Shown in pieces: positions 25,401-39,245 of a stretch of 64,000 nt of DNA. The translations under genes and the position numbers were made by a program. Source of the DNA: Neoechinorhynchus agilis (taxonomy: Eukaryota > Animalia > Acanthocephala); contig CM121342.1 in assembly GCA_051530055.1 (NCBI GenBank), positions 11,547,480-11,611,479 of the forward strand, given 5' to 3'. Under the pieces are notes generated by a model. It worked only from the letters and a program-made list of their open reading frames with translations. It was not told where the DNA came from and ran no database searches. Each line of letters begins with the position of its first letter. Positions within the stretch are counted from its first letter, which is position 1.

Positions 25401-28400
25401 TAGCCTAAAATGAATTCATTCTTCCACTCTTATTGTTTGCTATTCCCCTTGAGTTTTCAGATCTCAATTGCTTTGGATTTTTCCCTAAATGTTTTTACTA
25501 GCACCGATATCTCGGCTATAGCCTAAAATGAATTCATTCTTCCACTCGTATTGTTGGCTATTCGTAGATTTTTCAGATCTCAATTGCTTTGGATTTTTTC
25601 TTACATGTTTTTACTAGCACCGATATCTGGGCTGTAGTAGAAAATTAATTCATTCTTCCAATTTTATTGTTGGCTATTCGTTGGTTTTTCAGATCTCAAT
25701 TGCTATGGATTTTTTCTTAAATATTTTTAATGGCACGGATATCTCGGCTGTAGCCTAAAATGAATTCATTCTTCCACTCGTATTGTTGGCTATTCGTAGA
25801 TTTTTCAGATCTAAATTGCTTTGGATTTTCCCTAAATGTTTTTACTAGCATCGATATCTCGGCTGTAGCCTAAAATGAATTCATTCTTCCACTCGTATTG
25901 TTGGCTATTCGTAGAATTTTCAGATCTCAATTGCTTTGGATTTTTTCTTAAATGTTTTTTCTGGCACCGAAAATCTTGGCTGTAGTCTAAAATGAATCCA
26001 CTCTTCCACTCGTATTGTTGGATATTCGTAGAATTTTCAGATCTCAATTGCTTTGGATTTTTTCTTACATGTTTTTACTAACACCGATATCTGGGCTGTA
26101 GTAGAAAATGAATTCATTCTTCCAATTTTATTGTTGGCTATTCGTTGGTTTTTAAGATCTCAATTGCTATGGATTTTTTCTTAAATATTTTTAATGGCAC
26201 GGATATCTCGGCTGTTGCATCAAATGAATTCATTCTTCCACTTTTTTCCTGACTATTCGTAGAATTTTTCAGATCTAAATTGCTTTGGATTTTTCCCTAA
26301 ATGTTTTTACGATCACCGATATTTCGACTGTAGCCTAAAATGAATTCATTCTTCCACTCTTATTGTTTGCTATTCCTAGAATTTTCAGATCTCAATTGCT
26401 TTGGATTTTTCCCTAAATGTTTTTACTAGCACCGATATCTCGGCTGTAGCCTAAAATGAATTCATTCTTCCACTCTTATTCTTGGCTATTAGTAGATTTT
26501 TCAGATCTCAATTGCTTTGGATTTTTTCTTAAATATTTTTAATGGCACGGATATCTCGGTTGTAGCCTAAAATGAATTCATTCTTCCACTCGTATTGTTG
26601 GATATTCGTAGAATTTTCAGATCTCAATTTCTTCGGATTTTTCCCTAAATGTTTTTACTAGCACCGATATCTCGACTGTTGCCTAAAATGAATTCATTCT
26701 TCCACTCGTATTGTTGGCTATTCGTAGATTTTTCAGATCTCAATTGCTTTGGATTTTTTCTTACATATTTTTACTAAAACCGATATCTGGGCTGTAGTAG
26801 AAAATTAATTCATTCTTCCAATTTTATTGTTGGCTATTCGTTGGTTTTTCAGATCTCAATTGCTATGGATTTTTTCTTAAAATTTTTTAATGGCACGGAT
26901 ATCTCGGCTGCAGCCTAAAATGAATTCATTCTTCCACTCGTATTGTTGGCTATTCGTAGATTTTTCAGATCTAAATTGCTTTGGATTTTCCCTAAATGTT
27001 TTTACTAGCACAGATATCTCGGCTGTAGCCTAAAATGAATTCATTCTTCCACTCTTATTCTTGGCTATTAGTAGATTTTTCAGATCTCAATTGCTTTGGA
27101 TTTTTTCTTAAATGTTTTTTCTGGCACCGAAAATCTTGGCTGTAGCCTAAAATGAATTCATTCTTCCACTCGTATTGTTGGATATTCGTAGAATTTTCAG
27201 ATCTCAATTGCCTTGGATTTTTCCCTAAATGTTTTTACGATCACCGATATCTCGACTGTAGCCTAAAATGAATTCATTCTTCCACTCTTATTGTTTGCTA
27301 TTCCCCTTGAATTTTCAGATCTCAATTGCTTTGGATTTTTCCCTAAATGTTTTTACTAGCACCGATATCTCGGCTATAGCCTAAAATGAATTCATTCTTC
27401 CACTCGTATTGTTGGCTATTCGTAGATTTTTCAGATCTCAATTGCTTTGGATTTTTTCTTACATGTTTTTACTAGCACCGATATCTGGGCTGTAGTAGAA
27501 AATTAATTCATTCTTCCAATTTTATTGTTGGCAATTCGTTGGTTTTTCAGATCTCAATTGCTATGGATTTTTTCTTAAATATTTTTAATGGCACGGATAT
27601 CTCGGCTGTAGCCTAAAATGAATTCATTCTTCCACTCGTATTGTTGGCTATTCGTAGATTTTTCAGATCTAAATTGCTTTGGATTTTCCCTAAATGTTTT
27701 TACTAGCATCGATATCTCGGCTGTAGCCTAAAATGAATTCATTCTTCCACTCGTATTGTTGGCTATTCGTAGATTTTTCAGATCTCAATTGCTTTGGATA
27801 TTTTCTTAAATGTTTTTTCTGACACCGAAAATCTTGGCTGTAGCCTAAAATGAATCCACTCTTCCACTCGTATTGTTGGATATTCGTAGAATTTTCAGAT
27901 CTCAATTGCTTTGGATTTTTTCTTACATGTTTTTACTAACACCGATATCTGGGCTGTAGTAGAAAATGAATTCATTCTTCCAATTTTATTGTTGGCTATT
28001 CGTTGGTTTTTCAGATCTCAATTGCTATGGATTTTTTCTTAAATATTTTTTATGGCACGGATATCTCGGCTGTTGCCTCAAATGAATTCATTCTTCCACT
28101 TTTTTTGCTGACTATTCGTAGAATTTTTAGATCTCAATTGCTTTGGATTTTTTCTTAAATGTTTTTACAATTACCAATATCTCGGCTCTAGCCTAAAATG
28201 AATTCATTCTTCCACTCTTATTGTTGGCTATTCATGGATGTTTCATATCTCAATTGCTTTTGATTTTTTCTTAAATATTTTTACTAGCACCGATATCTCG
28301 GCTGTAGCCTAAATTGAATTTATTGTTCCACTTTTATTGTTAGCTATTCGTAGATTTTTCAGATCTCAATTGCTATGGATTTTTTCTTATATGTTTTTAC

Positions 28401-28590
28401 GAGCAACGTTATCTTGGCTGTAGCCTAAAATAAATTCATTCTTCCACTCTTATTGTTGGCTATTCGTAGAATTTTCAGATCTCAATTGCTATGGTTTTTT
28501 TCTTAAATGTTTTTACGAGTAGCGATATCTCGGCTGTAGCATGAAATGAATTCATTCTTCCACTCTTATTGTTGTGTATTCGTAGAATTT
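22459..28590. repeat. Satellite A: 116-bp tandem repeat, about 53 copies
   Basis: gtagcctaaaatgaattcattcttccactc recurs at 22530, 22646, 22762 and onwards. AT-rich monomer containing gaattc, agatct, caattg and gatatc palindromes; copies diverge towards 28.1-28.6 kb. Confidence 0.97.
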
Positions 28591-28594
28591 TCTG

Positions 28595-31500
28595 ATCTCT
28601 ACCTCCGTTGGTATTCATGTATTCGTCAGGGCGTTGGGTCCTTTCGTACGAATACGCGCATGTGCATGGCTGCGCTTTCGTTCGTGTTGTATGTATTGCA
28701 TTTGGACATACTTCCGTTGGTGTTCATGTATTCGTCAGGGCGTTTCGTCCTTTAATGCGAATACGTGCAAGTGCATGATTGCGCGCTTTTTGTTCGTGTT
28801 GTATGCATTGTATTTGTGTGCATATTGTCGTTGGTGTTAGTGTGTTCGTCAGATCCTTGTCTCTCTTCATACGCGCAAGTGCATGGTGTCGCGTTTGTTT
28901 GCTCATGTTGTATGTATTGCATTTGGGACATACTTCCGTTGATGTTCATACATTCGTCAGGGCGTTATATTTTTTATTCGAATACGTGCAAGTGCATGTT
29001 TGCGCGTTTGTTTGTATTGTACTTGTGTGCATATTGTCGTTCATAAAAGCACGCATTTTTCATGGTTGCGCGTGTGTTTTTTCGTGTCGTATTTATTGTA
29101 TTTAATACATACGTCCTTTGGGGTTCATGTATTCTTCAGATCCTTCTTCCTTTTCATTCGAACACACGCAAGTGCATTGTTGCGCGTATGTTTGCCCGTG
29201 TTGTGTGTGTATTTGTGTGCATATTGTCGTGGGTGTTAGTGTGTTCGTCAGATCGTCGTTTCTTTTCATAAAAACACGCGTTTTTCATGGATGCGCGCGT
29301 GTTTGTTCGCCTCGTATTTATTGCATTTGGTACCTATATGTCCGTTCGTGTTTACGTATTTGTCAGATCCTTTTTTGTTTTTATACGAATAGGCGCAAGT
29401 GCATGGTTGCGCGTTTGTTTGTTCGTGTTGTATGTGTTGTACTTGTGTGCATATTGTCGTTCATAAAAGCACGCATTTTTCATGGTTGCGCGTGTGTTTT
29501 TTCGTGTCGTATTCATTGTATTTAATACATACGTCCTTTGGGGTTCATGTATTCTTCAGATCCTTCTTCCTTTTCATTCGAACACACGCAAGTGCATTGT
29601 TGCGCGTATGTTTGCCCGTGTTGTGTGTGTATTTGTGTGCATATTGTCGTGGGTGTTAGTGTGTTCGTCAGATCGTCGTTTCTTTTCATAAAAACACGCG
29701 TTTTTCATGGATGCGCGCGTGTTTGTTCGCCTCGTATTTATTGCATTTGGTACCTATATGTCCGTTCGCGTTTACGTATTTGTCAGATCCTTTTTTGTTT
29801 TTATACGAATAGGCGCAAGTGCATGGTTGCGCGTTTGTTTGTTCGTGTTGTATGTGTTGTACTTGTGTGCATATTGTCGTTCATAAAAGCACGCATTTTT
29901 CATGGTTGCGCGTGTGTTTTTTCGTGTCGTATTTATTGTATTTAATACATACGTCCTTTGGGGTTCATGTATTCTTCAGATCCTTCTTCCTTTTCATTCG
30001 AACACACGCAAGTGCATTGTTGCGCGTATGTTTGCCCGTGTTGTGTGTGTATTTGTGTGCATATTGTCGTGGGTGTTAGTGTGTTCGTCAGATCGTCGTT
30101 TCTTTTCATAAAAACACGCGTTTTTCATGGATGCGCGCGTGTTTGTTCGCCTCGTATTTATTGCATTTGGTACCTATATGTCCGTTCGCGTTTACGTATT
30201 TGTCAGATCCTTTTTAATTTTTATACGAATAGGCGCAAGTGCATGGTTGCGCGTTTGTTTGTTCGTGTTGTATGTGTTGTACTTGTGTGCATATTGTCGT
30301 TCATAAAAGCACGCATTTTTCATGGTTGCGCGTGTGTTTTTTCGTGTCGTATTTATTGTATTTAATACATACGTCCTTTGGGGTTCATGTATTCTTCAGA
30401 TCCTTCTTCCTTTTCATTCGAACACACGCAAGTGCATTGTTGCGCGTATGTTTGCCCGTGTTGTGTGTATTTGTGTGCATATTGTCGCCACCTTCATAAA
30501 AACACGCGTTTTTCATGGATGCGCGCGTGTTTTTCGCCTCGTATTTATTGCATTTGGTACATAGCCTTGGTTAGTATTTCGACCTTTTTTTTTATACGAA
30601 TAACGCAAGTGCATTGTTGCGCGTATGTTTGCCCGTGTTGTGTGTGTATTTGTGTGCATATTGTCGTGGGTGTTAGTGTGTTCGTCAGATCGTCGTTTCT
30701 TTTCATAAAAACACGCGTTTTTCATGGATGCGCGCGTGTTTGTTCGCCTCGTATTTATTGCATTTGGTACCTATATGTCCGTTCGTGTTTACGTATTTGT
30801 CAGATCCTTTTTTGTTTTTATACGAATAGGCGCAAGTGCATGGTTGCGCGTTTGTTTGTTCGTGTTGTATGTGTTGTACTTGTGTGCATATTGTCGTTCA
30901 TAAAAGCACGCATTTTTCATGGTTGCGCGTGTGTGTTTTCGTGTCGTATTCATTGTATTTAATACATACGTCCTTTGGGGTTCATGTATTCTTCAGATCC
31001 TTCTTCCTTTTCATTCGAACACACGCAAGTGCATTGTTGCGCGTATGTTTGCCCGTGTTGTGTGTGTATTTGTGTGCATATTGTCGTGGGTGTTAGTGTG
31101 TTCGTCAGATCGTCGTTTCTTTTCATAAAAACACGCGTTTTTCATGGATGCGCGCGTGTTTGTTCGCCTCGTATTTATTGCATTTGGTACCTATATGTCC
31201 GTTCGTGTTTACGTATTTGTCAGATCCTTGTTTGTTTTTATACGAATAGGCGCAAGTGCATGATTGCGCGCTTTTTGTTCGTGTTGTATGCATTGTATTT
31301 GTGTGCATATTGTCGTTGTTGTTCATGTATTCGTCAGATCCTTGTCTCTCTTCATACGCGCAAGTGCATGGTGTCGCGTTTGTTTGCTCTAAAAGCACGC
31401 ATTTTTCATGGTTGCGCGTGTGTTTTTTCGTGTCGTATTTATTGTATTTAATACATACGTCCTTTGGGGTTCATGTATTCTTCAGATCCTTCTTCCTTTT

Positions 31501-34500
31501 CATTCGAACACACGCAAGTGCATTGTTGCGCGTATGTTTGCCCGTGTTGTGTGTGTATTTGTGTGCATATTGTCGTGGGTGTTAGTGTGTTCGTCAGATC
31601 GTCGTTTCTTTTCATAAAAACACGCGTTTTTCATGGATGCGCGCGTGTTTGTTCGCCTCGTATTTATTGCATTTGGTACCTATATGTCCGTTCGTGTTTA
31701 CGTATTTGTCAGATCCTTTTTTGTTTTTATACGAATAGGCGCAAGTGCATGGTTGCGCGTTTGTTTGTTCGTGTTGTATGTGTTGTACTTGTGTGCATAT
31801 TGTCGTTCATAAAAGCACGCATTTTTCATGGTTGCGCGTGTGTTTTTTCGTGTCGTATTTATTGTATTTAATACATACGTCCTTTGGGGTTCATGTATTC
31901 TTCAGATCCTTCTTCCTTTTCATTCGAACACACGCAAGTGCATTGTTGCGCGTATGTTTGCCCGTGTTGTGTGTGTATTTGTGTGCATATTGTCGTGGGT
32001 GTTAGTGTGTTCGTCAGATCGTCGTTTCTTTTCATAAAAACACGCGTTTTTCATGGATGCGCGCGTGTTTGTTCGCCTCGTATTTATTGCATTTGGTACC
32101 TATATGTCCGTTCGTGTTTACGTATTTGTCAGATCCTTTTTTGTTTTTATACGAATAGGCGCAAGTGCATTGTTGCGCGTATGTTTGCCCGTGTTGTGTG
32201 TGTATTTGTGTGCATATTGTCGTGGGTGTTAGTGTGTTCGTCAGATCGTCGTTTCTTTTCATAAAAACACGCGTTTTTCATGGATGCGCGCGTGTTTGTT
32301 CGCCTCGTATTTATTGCATTTGGTACCTATATGTCCGTTCGTGTTTACGTATTTGTCAGATCCTTTTTTGTTTTTATACGAATAGGCGCAAGTGCATGGT
32401 TGCGCGTTTGTTTGTTCGTGTTGTATGTGTTGTACTTGTGTGCATATTGTCGTTCATAAAAGCACGCATTTTTCATGGTTGCGCGTGTGTTTTTTCGTGT
32501 CGTATTTATTGTATTTAATACATACGTCCTTTGGGGTTCATGTATTCTTCAGATCCTTCTTCCTTTTCATTCGAACACACGCAAGTGCATTGTTGCGCGT
32601 ATGTTTGCCCGTGTTGTGTGTATTTGTGTGCATATTGTCGTGGGTGTTAGTGTGTTCGTCAGATCGTCGTTTCTTTTCATAAAAACACGCGTTTTTCATG
32701 GATGCGCGCGTGTTTGTTCGCCTCGTATTTATTGCATTTGGTACCTATATGTCCGTTCGTGTTTACGTATTTGTCAGATCCTTGTTTGTTTTTATACGAA
32801 TAGGCGCAAGTGCATGATTGCGCGCTTTTTGTTCGTGTTGTATGCATTGTATTTGTGTGCATATTGTCGTTGTTGTTCATGTATTCGTCAGATCCTTGTC
32901 TCTCTTCATACGAGTGCATGGTGTCGCGTTTGTTTGCTCATGTTGTATGTATTGCATTTGGGACATACTTCCGTTGATGTTCATACATTCGTCAGGGCGT
33001 TATATTTTTCATTCGAATACGCAAGTGCATGTTTGCGCGTTTGTTCGTATTGTACTTTGTGCATATTGTCGTTCATAAAAGCACGCATTTTTCATGGTTG
33101 CGTGTGTTTTTTCGTGTCGTATTTATTGTATTTAATACATACGTCCTTTGGGGTTCATGTATTCTTCAGATCCTTCTTCCTTTTCATTCGAACACACGAG
33201 TGCATTGTTGCGCGTATGTTTGCCCGTGTTGTGTGTGTATTTGTGTGCATATTGTCGTGGGTGTGTGTTCGTCAGATCGTCGTTTCTTTTCATAAAAACA
33301 CGCGTTTTTCATGGATGCGCGCGTGTTTGTTCGCCTCGTATTTATTGCATTTGGTACCTATATGTCCGTTCGTGTTTACGTATTTGTCAGATCCTTGTTT
33401 GTTTTTATACGAATAGGCGCAAGTGCATGATTGCGCGCTTTTTGTTCGTGTTGTATGCATTGTATTTGTGTGCATATTGTCGTTGTTGTTCATGTATTCG
33501 TCAGATCCTTGTCTCTCTTCATACGCGCAAGTGCATGGTGTCGCGTTTGTTTGCTCATGTTGTATGTATTGCATTTGGGACATACTTCCGTTGATGTTCA
33601 TACATTCGTCAGGGCGTTATATTTTTCATTCGAATACGTGCAAGTGCATGTTTGCGCGTTTGTTCGTATTGTACTTGTGTGCATATTGTCGTTCATAAAA
33701 GCACGCATTTTTCATGGTTGCGCGTGTGTTTTTTCGTGTCGTATTTATTGTATTTAATACATACGTCCTTTGGGGTTCATGTATTCTTCAGATCCTTCTT
33801 CCTTTTCATTCGAACACACGCGCATTGTTGCGCGTATGTTTGCCCGTGTTGTGTGTGTATTTGTGTGCATATTGTCGTGGGTGTTAGTGTGTTCGTCAGA
33901 TCGTCGTTTCTTTTCATAAAAACACGCGTTTTTCATGGATGCGCGCGTGTTTGTTCGCCTCGTATTTATTGCATTTGGTACCTATATGTCCGTTCGTGTT
34001 TACGTATTTGGATCCTTTTTTGTTTTTATACGAATAGGCGCAAGTGCATTGTTGCGCGTATGTTTGCCCGTGTTGTGTGTGTATTTGTGTGCATATTGTC
34101 GTGGGTGTTAGTGTGTTCGTCAGATCGTCGTTTCTTTTCATAAAAACACGCGTTTTTCATGGATGCGCGCGTGTTTGTTCGCCTCGTATTTATTGCATTT
34201 GGTACCTATATGTCCGTTCGTGTTTACGTATTTGTCAGATCCTTTTTTGTTTTTATACGAATAGGCGCAAGTGCATGGTTGCGCGTTTGTTTGTTCGTGT
34301 TGTATGTGTTGTACTTGTGTGCATATTGTCGTTCATAAAAGCACGCATTTTTCATGGTTGCGCGTGTGTTTTTTCGTGTCGTATTTATTGTATTTAATAC
34401 ATACGTCCTTTGGGGTTCATGTATTCTTCAGATCCTTCTTCCTTTTCATTCGAACACACGCAAGTGCATTGTTGCGCGTATGTTTGCCCGTGTTGTGTGT

Positions 34501-37410
34501 GTATTTGTGTGCATATTGTCGTGGGTGTTAGTGTGTTCGTCAGATCGTCGTTTCTTTTCATAAAAACACGCGTTTTTCATGGATGCGCGCGTGTTTGTTC
34601 GCCTCGTATTTATTGCATTTGGTACCTATATGTCCGTTCGTGTTTACGTATTTGTCAGATCCTTGTTTGTTTTTATACGAATAGGCGCAAGTGCATGATT
34701 GCGCGCTTTTTGTTCGTGTTGTATGCATTGTATTTGTGTGCATATTGTCGTTGTTGTTCATGTATTCGTCAGATCCTTGTCTCTCTTCATACGCGCAAGT
34801 GCATGGTGTCGCGTTTGTTTGCTCATGTTGTATGTATTGCATTTGGGACATACTTCCGTTGATGTTCATACATTCGTCAGGGCGTTATATTTTTCATTCG
34901 AATACGTGCAAGTGCATGTTTGCGCGTTTGTTCGTATTGTACTTGTGTGCATATTGTCGTTCATAAAAGCACGCATTTTTCATGGTTGCGCGTGTGTTTT
35001 TTCGTGTCGTATTTATTGTATTTAATACATACGTCCTTTGGGGTTCATGTATTCTTCAGATCCTTCTTCCTTTTCATTCGAACACACGCAAGTGCATTGT
35101 TGCGCGTATGTTTGCCCGTGTTGTGTGTGTATTTGTGTGCATATTGTCGTGGGTGTTAGTGTGTTCGTCAGATCGTCGTTTCTTTTCATAAAAACACGCG
35201 TTTTTCATGGATGCGCGCGTGTTTGTTCGCCTCGTATTTATTGCATTTGGTACCTATATGTCCGTTCGTGTTTACGTATTTGTCAGATCCTTGTTTGTTT
35301 TTATACGAATAGGCGCAAGTGCATGATTGCGCGCTTTTTGTTCGTGTTGTATGCATTGTATTTGTGTGCATATTGTCGTTGTTGTTCATGTATTCGTCAG
35401 ATCCTTGTCTCTCTTCATACGCGCAAGTGCATGGTGTCGCGTTTGTTTGCTCATGTTGTATGTATTGCATTTGGGACATACTTCCGTTGATGTTCATACA
35501 TTCGTCAGGGCGTTATATTTTTCATTCGAATACGTGCAAGTGCATGTTTGCGCGTTTGTTCGTATTGTACTTGTGTGCATATTGTCGTTCATAAAAGCAC
35601 GCATTTTTCATGGTTGCGCGTGTGTTTTTTCGTGTCGTATTTATTGTATTTAATACATACGTCCTTTGGGGTTCATGTATTCTTCAGATCCTTCTTCCTT
35701 TTCATTCGAACACACGCAAGTGCATTGTTGCGCGTATGTTTGCCCGTGTTGTGTGTGTATTTGTGTGCATATTGTCGTGGGTGTTAGTGTGTTCGTCAGA
35801 TCGTCGTTTCTTTTCATAAAAACACGCGTTTTTCATGGATGCGCGCGTGTTTGTTCGCCTCGTATTTATTGCATTTGGTACCTATATGTCCGTTCGTGTT
35901 TACGTATTTGTCAGATCCTTGTTTGTTTTTATACGAATAGGCGCAAGTGCATGATTGCGCGCTTTTTGTTCGTGTTGTATGCATTGTATTTGTGTGCATA
36001 TTGTCGTTGTTGTTCATGTATTCGTCAGATCCTTGTCTCTCTTCATACGCGCAAGTGCATGGTGTCGCGTTTGTTTGCTCATGTTGTATGTATTGCATTT
36101 GGGACATACTTCCGTTGATGTTCATACATTCGTCAGGGCGTTATATTTTTCATTCGAATACGTGCAAGTGCATGTTTGCGCGTTTGTTTGTATTGTACTT
36201 GTGTGCATATTGTCGTTCATAAAAGCACGCATTTTTCATGGTTGCGCGTGTGTTTTTTCGTGTCGTATTTATTGTTTTTAATACATACGTCCTTTGGGGT
36301 TCATGTATTCTTCAGATCCTTCTTCCTTTTCATTCGAACACACGCAAGTGCATTGTTGCGCGTATGTTTGCCCGTGTTGTGTGTGTATTTGTGTGCATAT
36401 TGTCGTGGGTGTTAGTGTGTTCGTCAGATCGTCGTTTCTTTTCATAAAAACACGCGTTTTTCATGGATGCGCGCGTGTTTGTTCGCCTCGTATTTATTGC
36501 ATTTGGTACCTATATGTCCGTTCGTGTTTACGTATTTGTCAGATCCTTTTTTGTTTTTATACGAATAGGCGCAAGTGCATGGTTGCGCGTTTGTTTGTTC
36601 GTGTTGTATGTGTTGTATTTTTGTGCACATTGTCGTTCATAAAAACACGCATTTTCTCATGGTTGCGCGTGTGTTTTTTCGTGTCGTATTCATTGTATTT
36701 TATACATACGTCCGTTCGTGTTCATGTATTCAGCATGCCGTTGCGTACTTTCATAAGAATACGTGCAAGTGCATAATAGCGCGCTTGTTTGTCCGTGTTG
36801 TATGCATTGTATTTGTGTGCATATTGTCGTTGGTGTAAGTGTATTCGTCAGATCGTTCTTTCTTTTCATAAAAACACGCATTTTTTTCATGGATGCGCGC
36901 GTGCTTGTTCGCTTCGTATTTATTGCATTTGGTACGTATGTCCGTTGGTGTTTACGTATTCGTTAGATCCTTGTTTCTTTTTATACGAATTGGCGCAAGT
37001 GCATGGTTTCGCATTTGTTTGTTCGTGTTGTATGTATTTCACTTGGTGCGTAATTCCGTTGGTGTTCATATATCCGCCAATGCGTGGTTTCTTTTCATAC
37101 GAACATGCGCAAGTGCATGGTTGCGTTTTTGTGTATTCGTATATCATTTTTTGTTTTACAGTGCATACTTTTGTTGGTGTTCATATAGTCGTAAGTGCGT
37201 TGTTTCTTTTCACACAAACACGCCCTTGTTCATGGTTACACGTTCGTACGTTTGTGTTGTGTGTATTGTATTTGGGTTCATAATTCCGTTAGTGTTCATG
37301 TATTCGTCAGATCGATGTGTCTTTTCATACGCACACGCGTGTGTTCATGGTTGCGCGTTTGTGTGTTCGTTTTGTATGTATTGGATTAGTGTGCATACAT
37401 CCGTTGGTGT
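28595..37410. repeat. Satellite B: ~80-115-bp monomers (roughly 80) in 420-bp and 628-bp higher-order repeats
   Basis: Identical pseudo-ORFs start at 29062/29482/29902/30322 (period 420) and at 34354/34982/35610/36238 (period 628). The plus strand is T/G-rich with gcgcg motifs; both edges are divergent. Confidence 0.97.
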
Positions 37411-38846
37411 CAGGCACGGCTAAGAATTGCGTTCGTTTCGCCGTGTCGTGAGTAACTCCCGACTGATTTCTGACAGAGGAGACCATGGCGTCCCGATGGT
37501 TCGAATGTCGCTTTGCAACGGTGGCGATGGGATTTGCACATCGGTACCCCAAGTTCCAGGTACTCTGCAATCCTTACTGTCTCGTCGGAGAGAAAGATAC
37601 CCACAGAAGCGATTGGGACAACGTTGAGCCAAGCACCTGAACCGAGTTCGGTTCACCAGATAACGAGAATCTAAAATTAAAGAGTTATGAATTCTCGTTA
37701 CCAGTGCTGAGTCCCAAACTGATTGTTTGCAACCATTGACGGGGACTTGCTCGCTGCCTAAATCTCCACACCAAAGATTAAGAGCCTCCACGAAATCTTC
37801 ATCCAAAGTGTAATTCTCGACAAGAAAAGATTGAAATATTTTGCGGCTTGCTTCATACGATCCCAAATAAGCTAGCAGAGAAATATATGCTGCTTTTTGG
37901 ATACCCAAACCGCCGGACGACATAGGCAAGGACGTTTGACGCCAGGCCTCGTCCTGCAGCTCGAGAGGCACCGAAAGTTGCGGTTGAAGACTGGCAATCT
38001 CTGCTTCAACATTGGAGTTGAAAATACAGATTAATACAAGATTCAACCGGTATAGAGTAATCAATTCTATTCCGGGGGCCAGGTTATAAAAATTTTCACG
38101 ATAGTTTGCGTGGTCGCCTCATCTTCCACGTACATCACTAAAATCTCGCATTTCTCAGCATTCAATTTGATAGAAATTTTCGCTGTCTCCTTCACGAGTG
38201 TCTCCAAATCGCGCAGTACTAAAGAGGGATTACCTCCGAGCGTGGCATCATCCAGGTACCAGCCGTTAAAGCAGGACTGGAGAAAGTGCGCGACGGGATT
38301 GACTGCGAGTAAGAAAGCTATTGGGCCAAAAGCATCCTCTTGTTGAAATCCTCTTTCTGACCACAAAACGTGGTTATTGAACAACAAGGGAGTTGAAGCC
38401 CCATAGCCATTAACGAAATAGCGAAATGCTTCTGGTGCATGATCTTTAACTACTTCGAGCAAATCTGCTCGGTGAACTGTGTTGAATGCATTTTTGAAAT
38501 CACATTTCAAGATCACGCACAGCTTTAAGTTTCCGGTGCTGAAAGTGTGGAGATAATGAACAATGGCCTCTGTGCCAACCCGCGAACGCATCCACGACAA
38601 CTCTGAGTTAGTCTCGATGCAGTCTGTCAATAGAGAGGTGAATCTCTTTTCGGCCTGATATCGCGCGCCCCTTGGGATTCTTTTCAGAACGTTCCTGGGC
38701 AGAATGCGCACGATATTCCCTACAAACGGAATTCCATTTTGTACTGATGATGCCGTGATAGGATTTTTGGACTTAGGGGATGAACCGCAACCGCCGCAGC
38801 GTGAATTACGGGGTCCATGGACCCTAAGAACTCCTGTTTTCGTCAA
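37411..38846 (-). mobile_element. CRE-clade non-LTR retrotransposon, decayed (RT plus start of RLE)
   Basis: LKCDFKNAFNTVHRADLL, SERGFQQEDAFGP, GWYLDDATLGG, WRQTSLPMSSGGLGI, LGVPMC...GRHGLLCQKSVGSYSRHGETNAILSRA. Stops and frameshifts are present; the 3' end is cut off by satellite B. Confidence 0.9.
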
Positions 38847-38884
38847 GGACAGTTAACAATTAATAATCAACATTAATTTGAATT

Positions 38885-39245
38885 TGCGAGTCCCATTTCA
38901 AGTTTGTTTGAAATTGGAAACCCAGAATTTTGAGGGAGGTGACTCGTTGTATTGCATTTGGAAGGTCGGGGTAGGATGTGGGGTTGTGGGAAAATGAGGT
39001 GTGATTTGGAAGCATTTAGAGAAATTTAGGTGGAGTTTGTGATTGTTGCAGAAATTTTTTATGTGCGTGATTTCGTTTGAGGTTAAGGAGAGGGCGAGGT
39101 AGGAAGGATGGTGATTGAGTGATGAGGTGGAGATCGTCGGCATATAAGAAATGTCTCGAGTGATACGAAAAAGAGAGGTTTGAGGTCGTTTAGGAAAATA
39201 TTAAAAGGAGGTGGTGACCGCGCAGCACCATGAGGAATGCTCTTG
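38885..39245 (-). mobile_element. LINE RT fragment (L2/CR1-like), inverted relative of the 43.0-43.35 kb sequence
   Basis: The reverse complement shares cctaccccgaccttccaaatgcaatacaacgagtcacctccctcaaaattctgggtttccaatttcaaacaaa with 43262-43332; contains a YADD-like motif (ttatatgccgacgat). Confidence 0.75.

Noticed and set aside
23309-27905. Three similar 71-aa minus-strand ORFs
   Set aside because: Each spans two satellite-A monomers and has no coding features.
28546-37389. Dozens of Cys/Val-rich ORFs
   Set aside because: They recur at exactly the satellite periods (420 and 628 bp) in several frames and on both strands. They are by-products of a TG-rich repeat with few stops.
22459-37410. 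CRISPR array or spliced-leader RNA array
   Set aside because: There are no unique spacers, the context is eukaryotic, and no convincing SL exon/donor/Sm-site arrangement is present in either monomer.
28595-37410. Hammerhead ribozyme in satellite B (minus strand has CTGACGA/CTGAAGA followed by a possible stem)
   Set aside because: The required GAAA after stem II is absent (reads taaa or ccaaa), and stems I and III could not be formed.
28595-37410. CENP-B box (cttccgttgg resembles its start)
   Set aside because: The downstream A..CGGG positions are missing.
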